The notes under the pieces are model-generated. The model was not told where the DNA came from, ran no database searches, and saw only the letters and a list, made by a program, of their open reading frames with translations. The translations under genes and the position numbers were made by a program. From Macrostomum lignano (Eukaryota): DNA of 53,498 nucleotides. The DNA is taken from NCBI GenBank assembly GCA_002269645.1, contig NIVC01004243.1, positions 1 to 53,498 of the forward strand, read 5' to 3'. Positions 25,001-36,263 of this stretch are shown here, one piece after another (the first letter of the stretch is position 1; each line of letters starts with the position of its first letter).

Positions 25001-26430
25001 GGCCAGGTGTCGCAGGTGGAGAGGCTGTACAAAGCGTGCCGGGAGGCGCTGTCGGTGGAAGACGGTCTGGTGATCCACGGAACCAGAATTGTGCCCCCAA
25101 CTGTTCTCCGCAGGCGCATTCTGGAGGTGGCGCACGACGAGGTGCATCCGAGCGCCGACAACACCAAGGCGCACATCTCCAAGGATTTCTGGTGGCCGGG
25201 TCTCGATCGCGATGTTCGCAGCTTTGTGGAGCGCTGCCAGCAGTGCTCAGAAACTCGGCCAGTCCTGCAGCGGAGAATCGACACCTGGCCAGCCGAGAGT
25301 GAGCCGTGGTCCCGGGTTCACATGGACCATTGTGAGATTTCTGGTGTCGGCCTGCTACTGCTACTGTCGGACTCCTACTCCGGGTGGCCTGAGGCGATTC
25401 AGGTGCCAGACCGAACTGCGGACAGTGTCCTGCGGGTTCTGAGAGCGGTATTTGCCAGGAACGGAGTGCCTCGGACGCTGGTGTCGGACAATGCGCCGGA
25501 GTTCAAGTCGGAGAAAGTGTCCCAGTGGCTGCGCAGCATCGGGTGCCAGGAGCTGCACACTCCACCGTACCATCCGGCCTCGAACGGTCAGGCAGAAAGG
25601 CTGGTGAGGATCATCAAGGATAGACTCAAGGCGTGGACGAAGATGGTGCCGTTCGATCACTTCCTGCAGAAACTGCTGCTGACGATCAGGACCAGCCGGC
25701 CCAGTGGAAATTGAGCGGCATCTCCGGACGTTCTGATGTGGGGTCGTCGCCTTCGCCACCCGCTAACCATGACTGAGTAGGTGGGCGATCCAATCTGGCT
25801 GAGGATGCGTCCGGGATTTTCGCCGGTTCCGGCCAAGTTCGTGGTGCAGCACGGCCAGAACACGGCGCTGGTAGCCCCTGCGGACCAATCGGACGGCGGC
25901 CTGCGGCTGGCGCACTCGAATCAGTGGACCGGCCGGCCGAGTGCGCCTGGGTCGCCTGAGGGGGCCAAACCTGAGGCGGAGTTGCCGGAGCAGCTTCCTG
26001 GCGCAATGGTTGAGCACCTTCCTGATCCGGAACCAACGGTGGCGCCAATGAACAGTGGCCAGCGAGAGCCGTACGAGCTTCGGCCTTGCCCGCCTGTCTG
26101 CTTTAAAGTATAGTGACTCTTTGTGACTGTACTTGACTCTGATTTTGTTCTTGTGGTTTCAGTCTTTGTTTGCTTTGGCGGGGGGGGCAGTGTTGGGCCT
26201 GGTGCGTGGGGTTGGGGTGCACTTTTACTCCGTGTATTGTTTGTGTTCTTAACTCTGTGCGTGTACTCATGGTCCGTGGCACACGCTCTTTGCACGTCTC
26301 TGCTCTATCGTGATTTTAATGTACATTGTTGGTGTTTTAGCCCTAATAAATCGTATCGTTGGTTGTCGGTGCTCTTGGCACTTTCGTCTTGTCTCGCATA
26401 CTCTCAGCTCATGACTTGTTCATTTCAACA
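22009..26430 (+). mobile_element. Full-length Ty3/Gypsy LTR retrotransposon (twin-knuckle gag; Mag/K02A2.6-like), coding region disrupted
   Basis: LTRs are 22009-22248 and 26191-26430 (240 bp, TG...CA, 3 differences). The TSD is CTAAT at 22004-22008 and 26431-26435. The PBS TGGCGTCGCAAG is at 22252-22263 and the PPT at 26177-26190. Domain order is gag (CHKCGKIGHFTKVC), PR (KDSGA), RT (LDLSDAYYQV...YQDD), RNaseH (VDASEQSLGAVL...EREALA...TDHEPL), IN (H-H-C-C, D-D-E). Confidence 0.97.
22264..26113 (+). pseudogene. gag-pol polyprotein of the second Gypsy element, inactivated
   Basis: ATG at 22264. In-frame stops at 22450-22452, 25712-25714 and 25778-25780. Frameshifts near 24035 (just before YQDD), 24250 and 24950. 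Confidence 0.88.
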
Positions 26431-27294
26431 CTAATCTCATAGGTAAACAGCAATCTAATGGCAGATCCAATCTCATTGGTAAACAGCAATCTAATGGCAG
26501 ATCCAATCTCATTGGTAAACAGCAATCTAATGGCAGATCCAATCTCATTGGTAAACAGCAATCTAATGGCAGATCCAATCTCATTGGTAAACAGCAATCT
26601 AATGGCAGATCCAATCTCATTGGTAAACAGCAATCTAATGGCAGATCTAATATAATAGGTAAACAGCAATCTAATGGCAGATCTAATCTCATAGGTGTAC
26701 GGCAGTCTAATCGCAGATCTAATCTCATAGGTAAATTGGTGCACCTGAAGCAATCTAATTTAATATTAAAACTTTAAATGGAACCACAAGGAAAAGTCAT
26801 TGACCTCATAATTATGAAAATCGCAAATTTTATTAAAACAATGTAAAAATCTAATTAAGAAGTGAACCTTCGAATGTACATGTATTGTACTGAGTTTAAG
26901 GCATTGTTTAGCATGGTGTACAACAAGCATTTAGGCCAAATTTAAAACCTCGCACAGCATAATTTAATGACTGGAGTAAAATGTCAATAAGGAATCGGTG
27001 ATTTAAAAGTAAAGCAAATTTATAATCTGCCATATTCAAAGTATATGGATAAACACTTCCAAAGGGCCAATGGAAGGGTGCTTAATAATATAGTATAATG
27101 ATTATAGCTGTTTATTTCTCCACGCATTATTGATAATTAATTGTGTAATGATTGAGCGCAATTTTAATGCTACAATACATGCATATACTACTCATACCGT
27201 AGGGAAGTAAGTAGCTGCAACCATCTTTCAGTAGCTTTGTTTGACATCTACATCAAATTAGTCCTCAGCTAACACATCAGGCTTACACATTAAT

Positions 27295-27590
27295 GTAGAC
27301 ATTCACTGACACATCAACTGACACAGCTACTGACACATCAACTGACACAGCTACTGACACTATAACTGACACAACCACTGACACATCAACTGGCACAGCT
27401 ACTGACACTATAACTGACACAACTACTGACACTATAACTGGCATAGCTACTGACACTATAACTGACACAGCTACTGTATGACACAGCAACTGACACTATA
27501 ACTGAAACAGCTACTGACACTTTAACTGACACAGCTACCTGCCTGGCACAGCTTCTGTAACAGCTTCACATAAACTGACACTAAAGCTGC
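27295..27590. repeat. 12-bp-based repeat (ACTGACACAGCT / ACTGACACTATA)n
   Basis: Visible degenerate array. Confidence 0.85.
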
Positions 27591-27640
27591 ATCATTCGAA
27601 ATCGAATATCATCTACAAACGGCTACAAACAGTTGGCAAA

Positions 27641-30600
27641 TCAATTCAAATTGTGCTTCTCCCGCAGCTGCCACGCCATCTCGAGCAGTTTCAGCCGCTC
27701 ATCGGCATCATCAATATTATAGGCAGCCAGATCGGCCAGTGACAAACGGCTGGGCGCGCTCACCACGTTCGGGAACTGGGTGTGGCCCGGCAGCGCCCTG
27801 TGCGTGTCCCTGAACACCCGGTCAGCAATGGCGTTCAGCAGCCTCCAGGGCAGGAGCTCCTCCCGGCGTTCCTGCTCGCTTCGCTCCGAGCTGCAAGCGC
27901 TGCGCAGGCAGCTAAGGAGGGCTCGAACTCCGAACGAGCCCGAGCTGCTGCCGGCCAGAGCTACCTGGCTGGCGCCGGCTGAGTACAACCGGAAATAGTC
28001 CGGACTCTCCAGGATCTGCGGGAATGGGCGGACTCTTCAGGCTAATATTGCCAGTGTCTAACCTGATCTACTAATCTGCATTTCTCTACTAATCCCCTCA
28101 ATTCCTCTCCTAATCCCCCATTCCTCTACTAATCCCTTCAATTCCTCTCCTAATCCCCCATTCCTCTCCTAATCTCCTAATACCCCATTCCTCTCCTAAT
28201 CCCCCATTCCTCTCCTAATCCCCCATTCCTCTCCTAATCCCCTCAATTCCTCTCCTAATCCCCTCAATTCCTCTCCTAATCCCCCATTCCTCTCCTAATC
28301 CCCCATTCCTTTCCTAATCCCCCCAATTCCTCTCCTAATCCCCATTCCTCTCCTAATCCCTTCAATTCCTCTCCTAATCCCCCATTCCTCTCCTAATCCC
28401 CCATTCCTCTCCTAATCCCCCATTCCTCTCCTAATCCCCCATTCCTCTCCTAATCCCTTCAATTCCTCTCCTAATCCCCCATTCCTCTCTAATCCCCCAT
28501 TACTCTCCTAATCCCCTCAATTCCTCTCCTAATCCCTCATTCCTCTCCTAATCCCCCATTCCTCTCCTAATCCCCTCAATTCCTCTCCTAATCCCCCATT
28601 CCTCTCCTAATCCCCCATTCCTCTCCTAATCCCCCATTCCTCTCCTAATCCCCCATTCCTCTCCTAATCCCTTCAATTCCTCTCCTAATCCCTCATTCCT
28701 CTCTAATCCCCCATTACTCTCCTAATCCCCTCAATTCCTCTCCTAATCCCTCATTCCTCTCCTAATCCCCTCAATTCCTCTCCTAATCCCCCATTCCTCT
28801 CCTAATCCCCTCAATTCCTCTCCTAATCCCCCATTCCTCTCCTAATCCCCTCAATTCCTCTCCTAATCTCCCATTCCTCTCTAATCCCCCATTACTCTCC
28901 TAATCCCCAATTCTACGTAATAAGTCTACTCAATCCTCAACCCGGAGATAAGCAGCGGATTCGGCAGCCAGCGACGCACCGGCAGGCTGGGCGCGACTCC
29001 CATCGTCAAGTTGTCGGCAGTTCGGCAGGCGTCGTAGAAGCCGAGCAGGAGGCGCCGGCCGCTCTGCTGGTGCACCGGCAGCGCCTCGAACAGCGGCCTG
29101 ACCAATTCGGCGTCGATATCGACGGAGCCGCCGCCGGGCAGCACGAACAGGTTGCGACCGATGGTGTTGGCGTCCTGGCTGGACACCGACAGCTCGCCGT
29201 GGCCGTCCACCAGCAGTAGCGCCTGCACCGGATGGCCTTCGGTGGTTTTGAATTGGATAAAGTTTTCATTGGCCTTAAGTTGTAAACGAGACCGATAAGT
29301 TATAATAGGTAGTAAAGAAACACCAGGACACATATCGGCAATAAATACAGTTTCGATACATATCGGCAATCAATACAGTTTCGATACATATCGGCAATAA
29401 ATAGTTTTGGTACATATCGGCAATCAATAGTTTCGATACATATCGGCAATAAATAGTTTTTATACATATCGGCAATAAATAGTTTCAATACATATCGGCA
29501 ATCAATAGTTTCGATACATATCGGCAATAAATATTTTCGATACATATCAGTAATAAATACAGTTTCGATACATATCGGCAATTAATACAGTTTCGATAAA
29601 TATCGGGAATCAATGCAGGTTCGATACATATCGGTCAGGAAAATTCGAAAACTAGACGGACAGCTGAAAGTACTAACAATCGCTGCCGCCAGCTTCCCTC
29701 AGCAATTCGCAGAAGTCGGCAACCACGGCCAGCAGGGCTTCCTTGGCGTCGCCGGAGTCGCCGCGGGCCCAGTCGCAGCAGACGATTGTCTGGTAGCCCA
29801 GCAGTTGCAGAGCGCCCGCTACCTGGCGCAGTTCGCCGGGCACGCATGGCAGATCGCCGCACTCGTAGCGACTGGCGCCAATGAGAAGGGCGAACTTGCG
29901 CCACGCCGGCTGAGCGACCGTGACCAGGCGATTAGCCGCGAATATCGAGAAGAAATCCGTGAGCATCACGAGGTCTGATAAGCGGGTCCTAGTAGCCGAG
30001 ACCTGGAATGTTAAATATGACCATGTTAAGTGACGGATTTTGTAAAACCTGTTTATGATCGGAAATCTGATCTATGACCAGAAAAAATCTATATGACCAG
30101 AAAGCCTATCTATATGACCAGACAGCCAATCTATATGACCAGAAAGCCGATCTATATGACCAGAAAGCCTATCTATATGACCAGAAAGCCGATCTATATG
30201 GTCAGACAGCCTATCTATATGATCAGACAGCCTATCTATATGATCAGACAGCCTATCTATATAATCAGACAGCCTATCTAAATTATCATCAGACAGCCTA
30301 TCTATATGATCAGACAGCCGATCTATATGATCAGACAGCCTATCTATATGATCAGACAGCCTATCTATATGATCAGACAGCCTATCTATATGATCAGAAA
30401 GCCTATCTATATGATCAGACAGCCTATCTATATGATCAGACAGCCGATCTATATGATCAGACAGCCTATCTATATGACCGGGAAGCCAATCCTTGCGACC
30501 AGAAAGTCTATCTGTTACCAGAATGTCGTATGACATAGCTCATGCACAGAACGCTGACCTGCAGTTCAGGCAGCTGCTCCTGGTACCGCTCCGCTATCTC

Positions 30601-32775
30601 CCTGATGGACTTCGACACCCCAGTGAGGAAGCTGTCCACCTGCAGTCGTCCCTCGTCGCACAGGTGCTGGCGCAGCTGCGAATTCAAAGCCGAAATGCCG
30701 AACGACTGTCGATTCCGGTTGTGCCTGGCGCTGTCCAGCACGGCAGCCGCGGCGCTGCCGTAGCTGGTGGCGTGCAAGCGGTGGATCTGGCTGCCACGAA
30801 CTGTCACGCCGAGGTCTCCGCCCAGGTGCACAGACGGGCAGCTGGCAATACGGCACATGTCCATCATCACCACTAGAAGGCCTTTGTCGCTGCTGTCATC
30901 GCATGCCGGTTGCCTGCGACCAGCCGACATCGCGTGATTGCCAGGCAGGCAGTCGGCCAGAGGCTTGAGGAAGTCCTCCTCGACACGGAGGAAGCTGTCG
31001 GGCTGCTCCAGCTTGGCGTCGATTGGCAGAAAACAGGCGCTGGTGGTGACGCCGTCTGCTTTGTAGTTCTGCAACATGCATGATGTTGTTTCGATATTCG
31101 ATACATATCGGAACTTTAAAAGCTTTGTTATACACCGTTAATAAATTAGATACATATCAGTATTTAAATATCTTCAATACATATCGGTACTTAAATAGCT
31201 TTAATACATATCGGTACTTAAGTAGCTTCGATACATATCAGTACATAAATAGCTTCGATACATATCGGTATTTAAATAGCTTCGATACATATCGGTATTT
31301 AAATAGCTTCGATACATATCGGTACTTAAGTAGCTTCGATTACAGAAACAGAACTTCCATATATATCGGCAGGGATAGCTAGGTGCACATACGTTTACGA
31401 CAGTGCCATGACCATCTAACAATAGAAACAGGTGCGGCTCCGGCCCGCTCAGAAGTGCCAAAATGTGACGCAGCCGATCGATGGCGCAGAGCAGCTTTGC
31501 CCGGCTCGGATCCATCAGACGGAGGGTCCGGTAGCCCAGCTTGCGAAGGTAGTCCTCCAATTGGTCGAGCTCTCTTGTATTACCGCAACCAAGCCCCGGC
31601 ATGTGCTTGTAGCTCTGGCAGCTAACTATCAGGGCGTATTTGTGCGTTCGCTCCATGTCGATAGGCAGCGGGCCCTTCGGCTTGATGTCTGGCACTGCCT
31701 GCAGCATTGGAGGCGCAGGTTGGATGCAGGGTTGCGACAAAAATGCGACTTAAGAAAGACTTAATTACTAAAGGTAGGAAGACAGGGCATTGCACTTCCT
31801 AGAAATATTTTTAAAGGCCGAGTAGGAGTTGTAGTAGTAGCTTGCAAAATATTTAATTTCCTATTTACGTAGTAAATTCTTTGCGCAGAACTACTATTAC
31901 TACTACTACTACTACTACTACTACTATTACTACTACCACCACTACTACTACTAAGTATTAGACTTACACGCGGCAAAGTTGGCCTTGCCCGAACTTTCAG
32001 GCTGAACATCACGTATGCTCGAGAACTGCCGGGCAGCTGGTTGGCGAGTTGCACTGCGCAACGGTACTGGCCCTGCGGGGGTAGTGTAAGTACGCATACT
32101 ATAGATATGATTAGCAACGTATTTGTCTTCATTATAGGCAGTCTCTTCACTTACTTGATCAGTCAGCGCCACTTGCTTAATACGCAGGTGAACACCGGTG
32201 CAGAGCACCTCAGCACTGAGCGCCTTGTGCCAGGACACGCTGGCTATGGCAGCAAACTGTTCTCCAAGGGTAACACCAAACAATGCCACGCCGCCTTCAT
32301 CAACTTCCAAGGTGCGACTGGCTGGTAGTAGTCTTTCAAACAAGCCGACGGGCTGCTGCTGCTGCTGCTGTGGTGGCTGAGGCGCCGGCGGGTTGATGCC
32401 GCGAGCGGCGGCGGCGGCAGCGTCAGCAGCGAAGCCCATGGCGGCGAGCACCTCAGCAGACTCAGGTATCCGGCGGAGCACGGAGACCAGATGGGCCAGG
32501 GTGGCGCCGCGCCGCTGGCCCATTCTTAGCAGGGCGTCGTGCGCCAAATCGATAGAATTGCTGCCAGTCTTGGCCTCGAGCTCCAGAATCTCAGTCTGCT
32601 TCAGAAAGAAGGGCATCACGCGTTTGATGAGCGGATCGCCTGGCGGGACGCCTAACTTGGTGTATAGCGTGTGAAACTGTCCACCTGGCAGGTGCTGCAG
32701 CATGAGCTGATGCGCGTTCATTTGCCTGACGGGTCTCTGCTGCGGCTGCGGCTGCTGCGGGAGCGCGGAAACCAT
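27641..32775 (-). CDS. MALT1-like: MALT1-type paracaspase with death domain, one Ig domain and two tandem caspase-like (C14) domains; 7 exons, 2499 nt, about 832 aa
   Basis: Exons are 32775-32155, 32072-31968, 31698-31393, 31068-30559, 30002-29678, 29236-28980 and 28015-27641. All junctions are GT-AG and phase-compatible (0,0,0,0,1,0); the exon 6 acceptor GAAG|GC is weak. Death-domain-like segment: FHTLYTKLG...LAHLVSVLRRI. Ig: SVSWHK...LTDQ|GQYRCAV. Domain 1: KYALIVSCQSY...LLLDGHG...MMDMCR. Domain 2: KFALLIGASRY...LLVDGHG...FYDACR. Confidence 0.88.
28065..28912. repeat. 19-21-bp pyrimidine-rich minisatellite (AATCCCCCATTCCTCTCCT)n in paracaspase intron 6
   Basis: Visible tandem array. Confidence 0.95.
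29328..29632. repeat. 26-28-bp minisatellite with core TTCGATACATATCGG in paracaspase intron 5
   Basis: Visible array, e.g. TTTCGATACATATCGGCAATAAATAG. Confidence 0.9.
30072..30500. repeat. 21-bp minisatellite (ATCTATATGATCAGACAGCCT)n in paracaspase intron 4
   Basis: Visible tandem array. Confidence 0.95.
31095..31340. repeat. 27-bp minisatellite with core TTCGATACATATCGG in paracaspase intron 3
   Basis: Unit ATACATATCGGTATTTAAATAGCTTCG. Confidence 0.9.
31889..31952. repeat. (CTA)n microsatellite in paracaspase intron 2
   Basis: Directly visible. Confidence 0.95.
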
Positions 32776-32976
32776 TGAGTGTTCGTGTGCAAAACTAAAA
32801 TCTTTGTGCGCAAAAATATAAGAGAAGACGCTATTGTTCCAAGGCCAAGCCAGAGCACACGACAGTTAATATACAGGACAGGGAATCTGCTGGCTTGCCG
32901 TGTGTGTGCGAGCGAGACTAAGATAAGAGTTCGTGATTGCGGATATCCCTTGCTGGTGATAAAAAAAACAAATTTC

Positions 32977-32984
32977 TATTTATA
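32977..32984 (-). promoter_or_regulatory. Candidate TATA box (TATAAATA) about 200 bp upstream of the paracaspase ATG
   Basis: The minus strand reads GGCTATAAATAGAAA; a second copy is near 33138-33145. This is a motif match only. Confidence 0.3.
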
Positions 32985-33869
32985 GCCACGGAGCGAACTG
33001 TCGCATTAAATGCTATCCGCGTCAGACAACTGGGGGGGGTTATTTAATTAGCGTGACCGGCCCGAGGGGAGGGAGTGAGAAATCAATGTACATTAACTGT
33101 ACACTGTACACTCAATAGAGAGAGCCAGGCGAAGTATCTATTTATAGGCGAGTTTTAAGTTAGAATTTGGACTAGTAAACTATCTGAAAGCTGCGCTCTA
33201 CTAATTCTAGGTAGGGCTAACTCTAAAGAGAGTGAAGGACCCACATGAAGGACCACATCAATTTTATTCATTTAAGGGCCCAATTTAGGCTAGACAATTG
33301 GTTTAACATCTTCCTGTTGATTTAAATGTAGTCATTCTTACGACTTTTCATCAGATATACTAAGTTCCCAATTACTTGCTGAGTTGGGAGATTTAGACTG
33401 AGATTTAGAGATCTCAATCTCTAAAAAGTAACAATATAGTGATCATATGGGGTAATATCTCTTTCTTAGTCAAAAACACTACTTTAATATGGGCGTCTGT
33501 TTAGAGTTTTAACGTAAAACTTTTCGTTTTGAAAACTTAATAATAAACTTTTGTCTATGGCCTAAACTGACAAATGTAACGTTCTATCGCAAAATCAGAT
33601 ATTAATTTGCGCTCAAAATGCTAAAAGTAGGCTGAAGCGATTAAAGATAATCTACTGTTTGAGCCTACAATCAAGAATAACTGGTTTATATGCTAAATTT
33701 ATATTTTTAAAACCGAAATTGTTTTATTAACGCGTGACAATGCATGACAATTGAGTAAATGCTAAGACAAAGCAATAATTATCAGTAGCAAAACAGTTTT
33801 TTATGATTCTAAAATAAATAGGTTAACTAAGATAACCAAGATTTTCTAGCAAAATGTAATCAAAATCCT

Positions 33870-35918
33870 GCAGACAGGATCAGAATCCCTACAGACAGGA
33901 TCAGAATCCCTACAGACAGGATCAGAATCCCTACAGACAGGATCAGAATCCCTACAGACAGGATCAGAATCCCTACAGACAGGATCAGAATCCCTACAGA
34001 CAGGATCAGAATCCCTACAGACAGGATCAGAATCCCTACAGACAGGATCAGAATCCCTACAGACAGGATCAGAATCCTACAGACAGGATCAGAATCCCTA
34101 CAGACAGGATCAGAATCCCTACAGACAGGATCAGAATCCCTACAGACAGGATCAGAATCACTACAGACAGGATCAGAATCCTACAGACAGGATCAGAATC
34201 CCTACAAACAGGATCAGAATCCCTACAGACAGGATCAGAATCCTACAGACAGGATCAGAATCCCTACAGACAGGATCAGAATCCTACAGACAGGATCAGA
34301 ATCCCTACAGACAGGATCAGAATCCTACAGACAGGATCAGAATCCCTACAGACAGGATCAGAATCCTACAGACAGGATCAGAATCCTACAGACAGGATCA
34401 GAATCCCTACAGACAGGATCAGAATCCTACAGACAGGATCAGAATCCCTACAAACAGGATCAGAATCCCTACAGACAGGATCAGAATCCTACAGACAGGA
34501 TCAGAATCCCTACAGACAGGATCAGAATCCTACAGACAGGATCAGAATCCCTACAGACAGGATCAGAATCCTACAGACAGGATCAGAATCCCTACAGACA
34601 GGATCAGAATCCTACAGACAGGATCAGAATCCCTACAGACAGGATCAGAATCCTACAGACAGGATCAGAATCCCTACAGACAGGATCAGAATCCTACAGA
34701 CAGGATCAGAATCCCTACAGACAGGATCAGAATCCTACAGACAGGATCAGAATCCCTACAGACAGGATCAGAATCCTACAGACAGGATCAGAATCCCTAC
34801 AAACAGGATCAGAATCACTACAGACAGGATCAGAATCCTACAGACAGGATCAGAATCCTACAGACAGGATCAGAATCCCTACAGACGGGATCGGAATCCC
34901 TACAAACAGGATCAGAATTCCTACAGACGGGATCAGAATCCCTACAGACGGGATCAGAATCCCTACAGACATGATCAGAATCCCTACAGACAGGATCAGA
35001 ATCACTACAGACAGGATCAGAATCCTACAGACAGGATCAGAATCCCTACAGACAGGATCAGAATCCCTACAGACGGGATCGGAATCCCTACAAACAGGAT
35101 CAGAATTCCTACAGACGGGATCAGAATCCCTACAGACGGGATCAGAATCCCTACAGACATGATCAGAATCCCTACAGACAGGATCAGAATCACTACAGAC
35201 AGGATCAGAATCCTACAGACAGGATCAGAATCCCTACAGACAGGATCAGAATCCCTACAAACAGGATCAGAACCCCTACAGACAGGATCAGAATCTCAAC
35301 AGACAGGATCAGAATCTCAATAGACAGGATCAGAATCCCTACAGACAGGATTAGAATCACTACAGACAGGATCAGAATCCTACAGACAGGATCAGAATCC
35401 CTACAGACAGGATCAGAATCCCTACAAACAGGATCAGAACCCCTACAGACAGGATCAGAATCTCAACAGACAGGATCAGAATCTCAATAGACAGGATCAG
35501 AATCCCTACAGACAGGATCAGAATCCCTACAGACAGGATCAGAATCCCTACAAACAGGATCAGAACCCCTACAGACAGGATCAGAATCCCTACAAACAGG
35601 ATCAGAACCCCTACAGACAGGATCAGAATCTCAATAGACAGGATCAGAATCACTACAGACAGGATCAGAATCCCTACAAACAGGATCAGAACCCCTACAG
35701 ACAGGATCAGAATCCCTACAAACAGGATCAGAACCCCTACAGACAGGATCAGAATCCCTACAAACAGGATCAGAACCCCTACAGACAGGATCAGAATCTC
35801 AATAGACAGGATCAAAATCCCTACAGACAGGATCAGAGTCCCTACAGACAGGATCAGAATCCCTACAGACAGGATCAGAGTCCCTACAGACAGGATCAGA
35901 GTCCCTACAGACAGGATA
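33870..35918. repeat. 21-bp minisatellite (CAGACAGGATCAGAATCCCTA)n with 20-bp variants
   Basis: Visible array of about 2 kb. Confidence 0.97.
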
Positions 35919-35975
35919 GAGAAAAGCAGAAAAAATGGCCAGATGCTCAGTCACGAGCGCAACAGCAAGGAGCCC

Positions 35976-36263
35976 TCAGTCCCACTTGGACCGCGGCCTG
36001 GCGGGAGCGCCTTGCTGGCCAGCGGCACTTTCAAGATTCTCCTGGCGCACATTCATGTAGGCCAGGAAAGCGGCGCAGCAGGTCAGAGCGGTCGTGCCAA
36101 TCAGCATCACGGTTTTGTTCGGCTTGGTGTACAGCTCGTAGTTCAACGCCCGAAACATCGGCGAGGTCTTCAGGCCCGAGAGACCGCCGCCGCTGCTGCC
36201 GCCACCTCCTCCTCCAGGTTGATGCAGCTGGCCAGACTGCGCCCGCGGTGGATCTTGGCTTGA
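35976..36263 (-). CDS. SMIM8: Small integral membrane protein 8 homolog
   Basis: GLSGLKTSPMFRALNYELYTKPNKTVMLIG-TM-YMNVRQEN...SKWD* matches the SMIM8 pattern (LFRAVNPELFIKPNKPVM...SKWD). The frame starts at acceptor GAATTTCCAG|TCA (36263, phase 0) with no ATG. Confidence 0.9.
   Translation of the reverse strand, partial: SSQDPPRAQSGQLHQPGGGGGGSSGGGLSGLKTSPMFRALNYELYTKPNKTVMLIGTTALTCCAAFLAYMNVRQENLESAAGQQGAPARPRSKWD

Larger units (their letters stand above)
21765..26735. repeat. 36-bp minisatellite (AGATCTAATCTCATAGGTAAACAGCAATCTAATGGC)n split by the Gypsy insertion (segments 21765-22008 and 26431-26735)
   Basis: The same unit lies on both sides of the element, and the register resumes across the TSD. 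Confidence 0.93.

Noticed and set aside
27641-30002. Treating the second caspase-like domain as a separate gene
   Set aside because: A phase-0 donor (30559) and acceptor (30002) join the domains in an open frame. The spliced junction supplies the expected end of domain 1 (VSATRTRLSDLVMLTDF), and no N-terminal domain precedes domain 2. cDNA confirmation is still needed.
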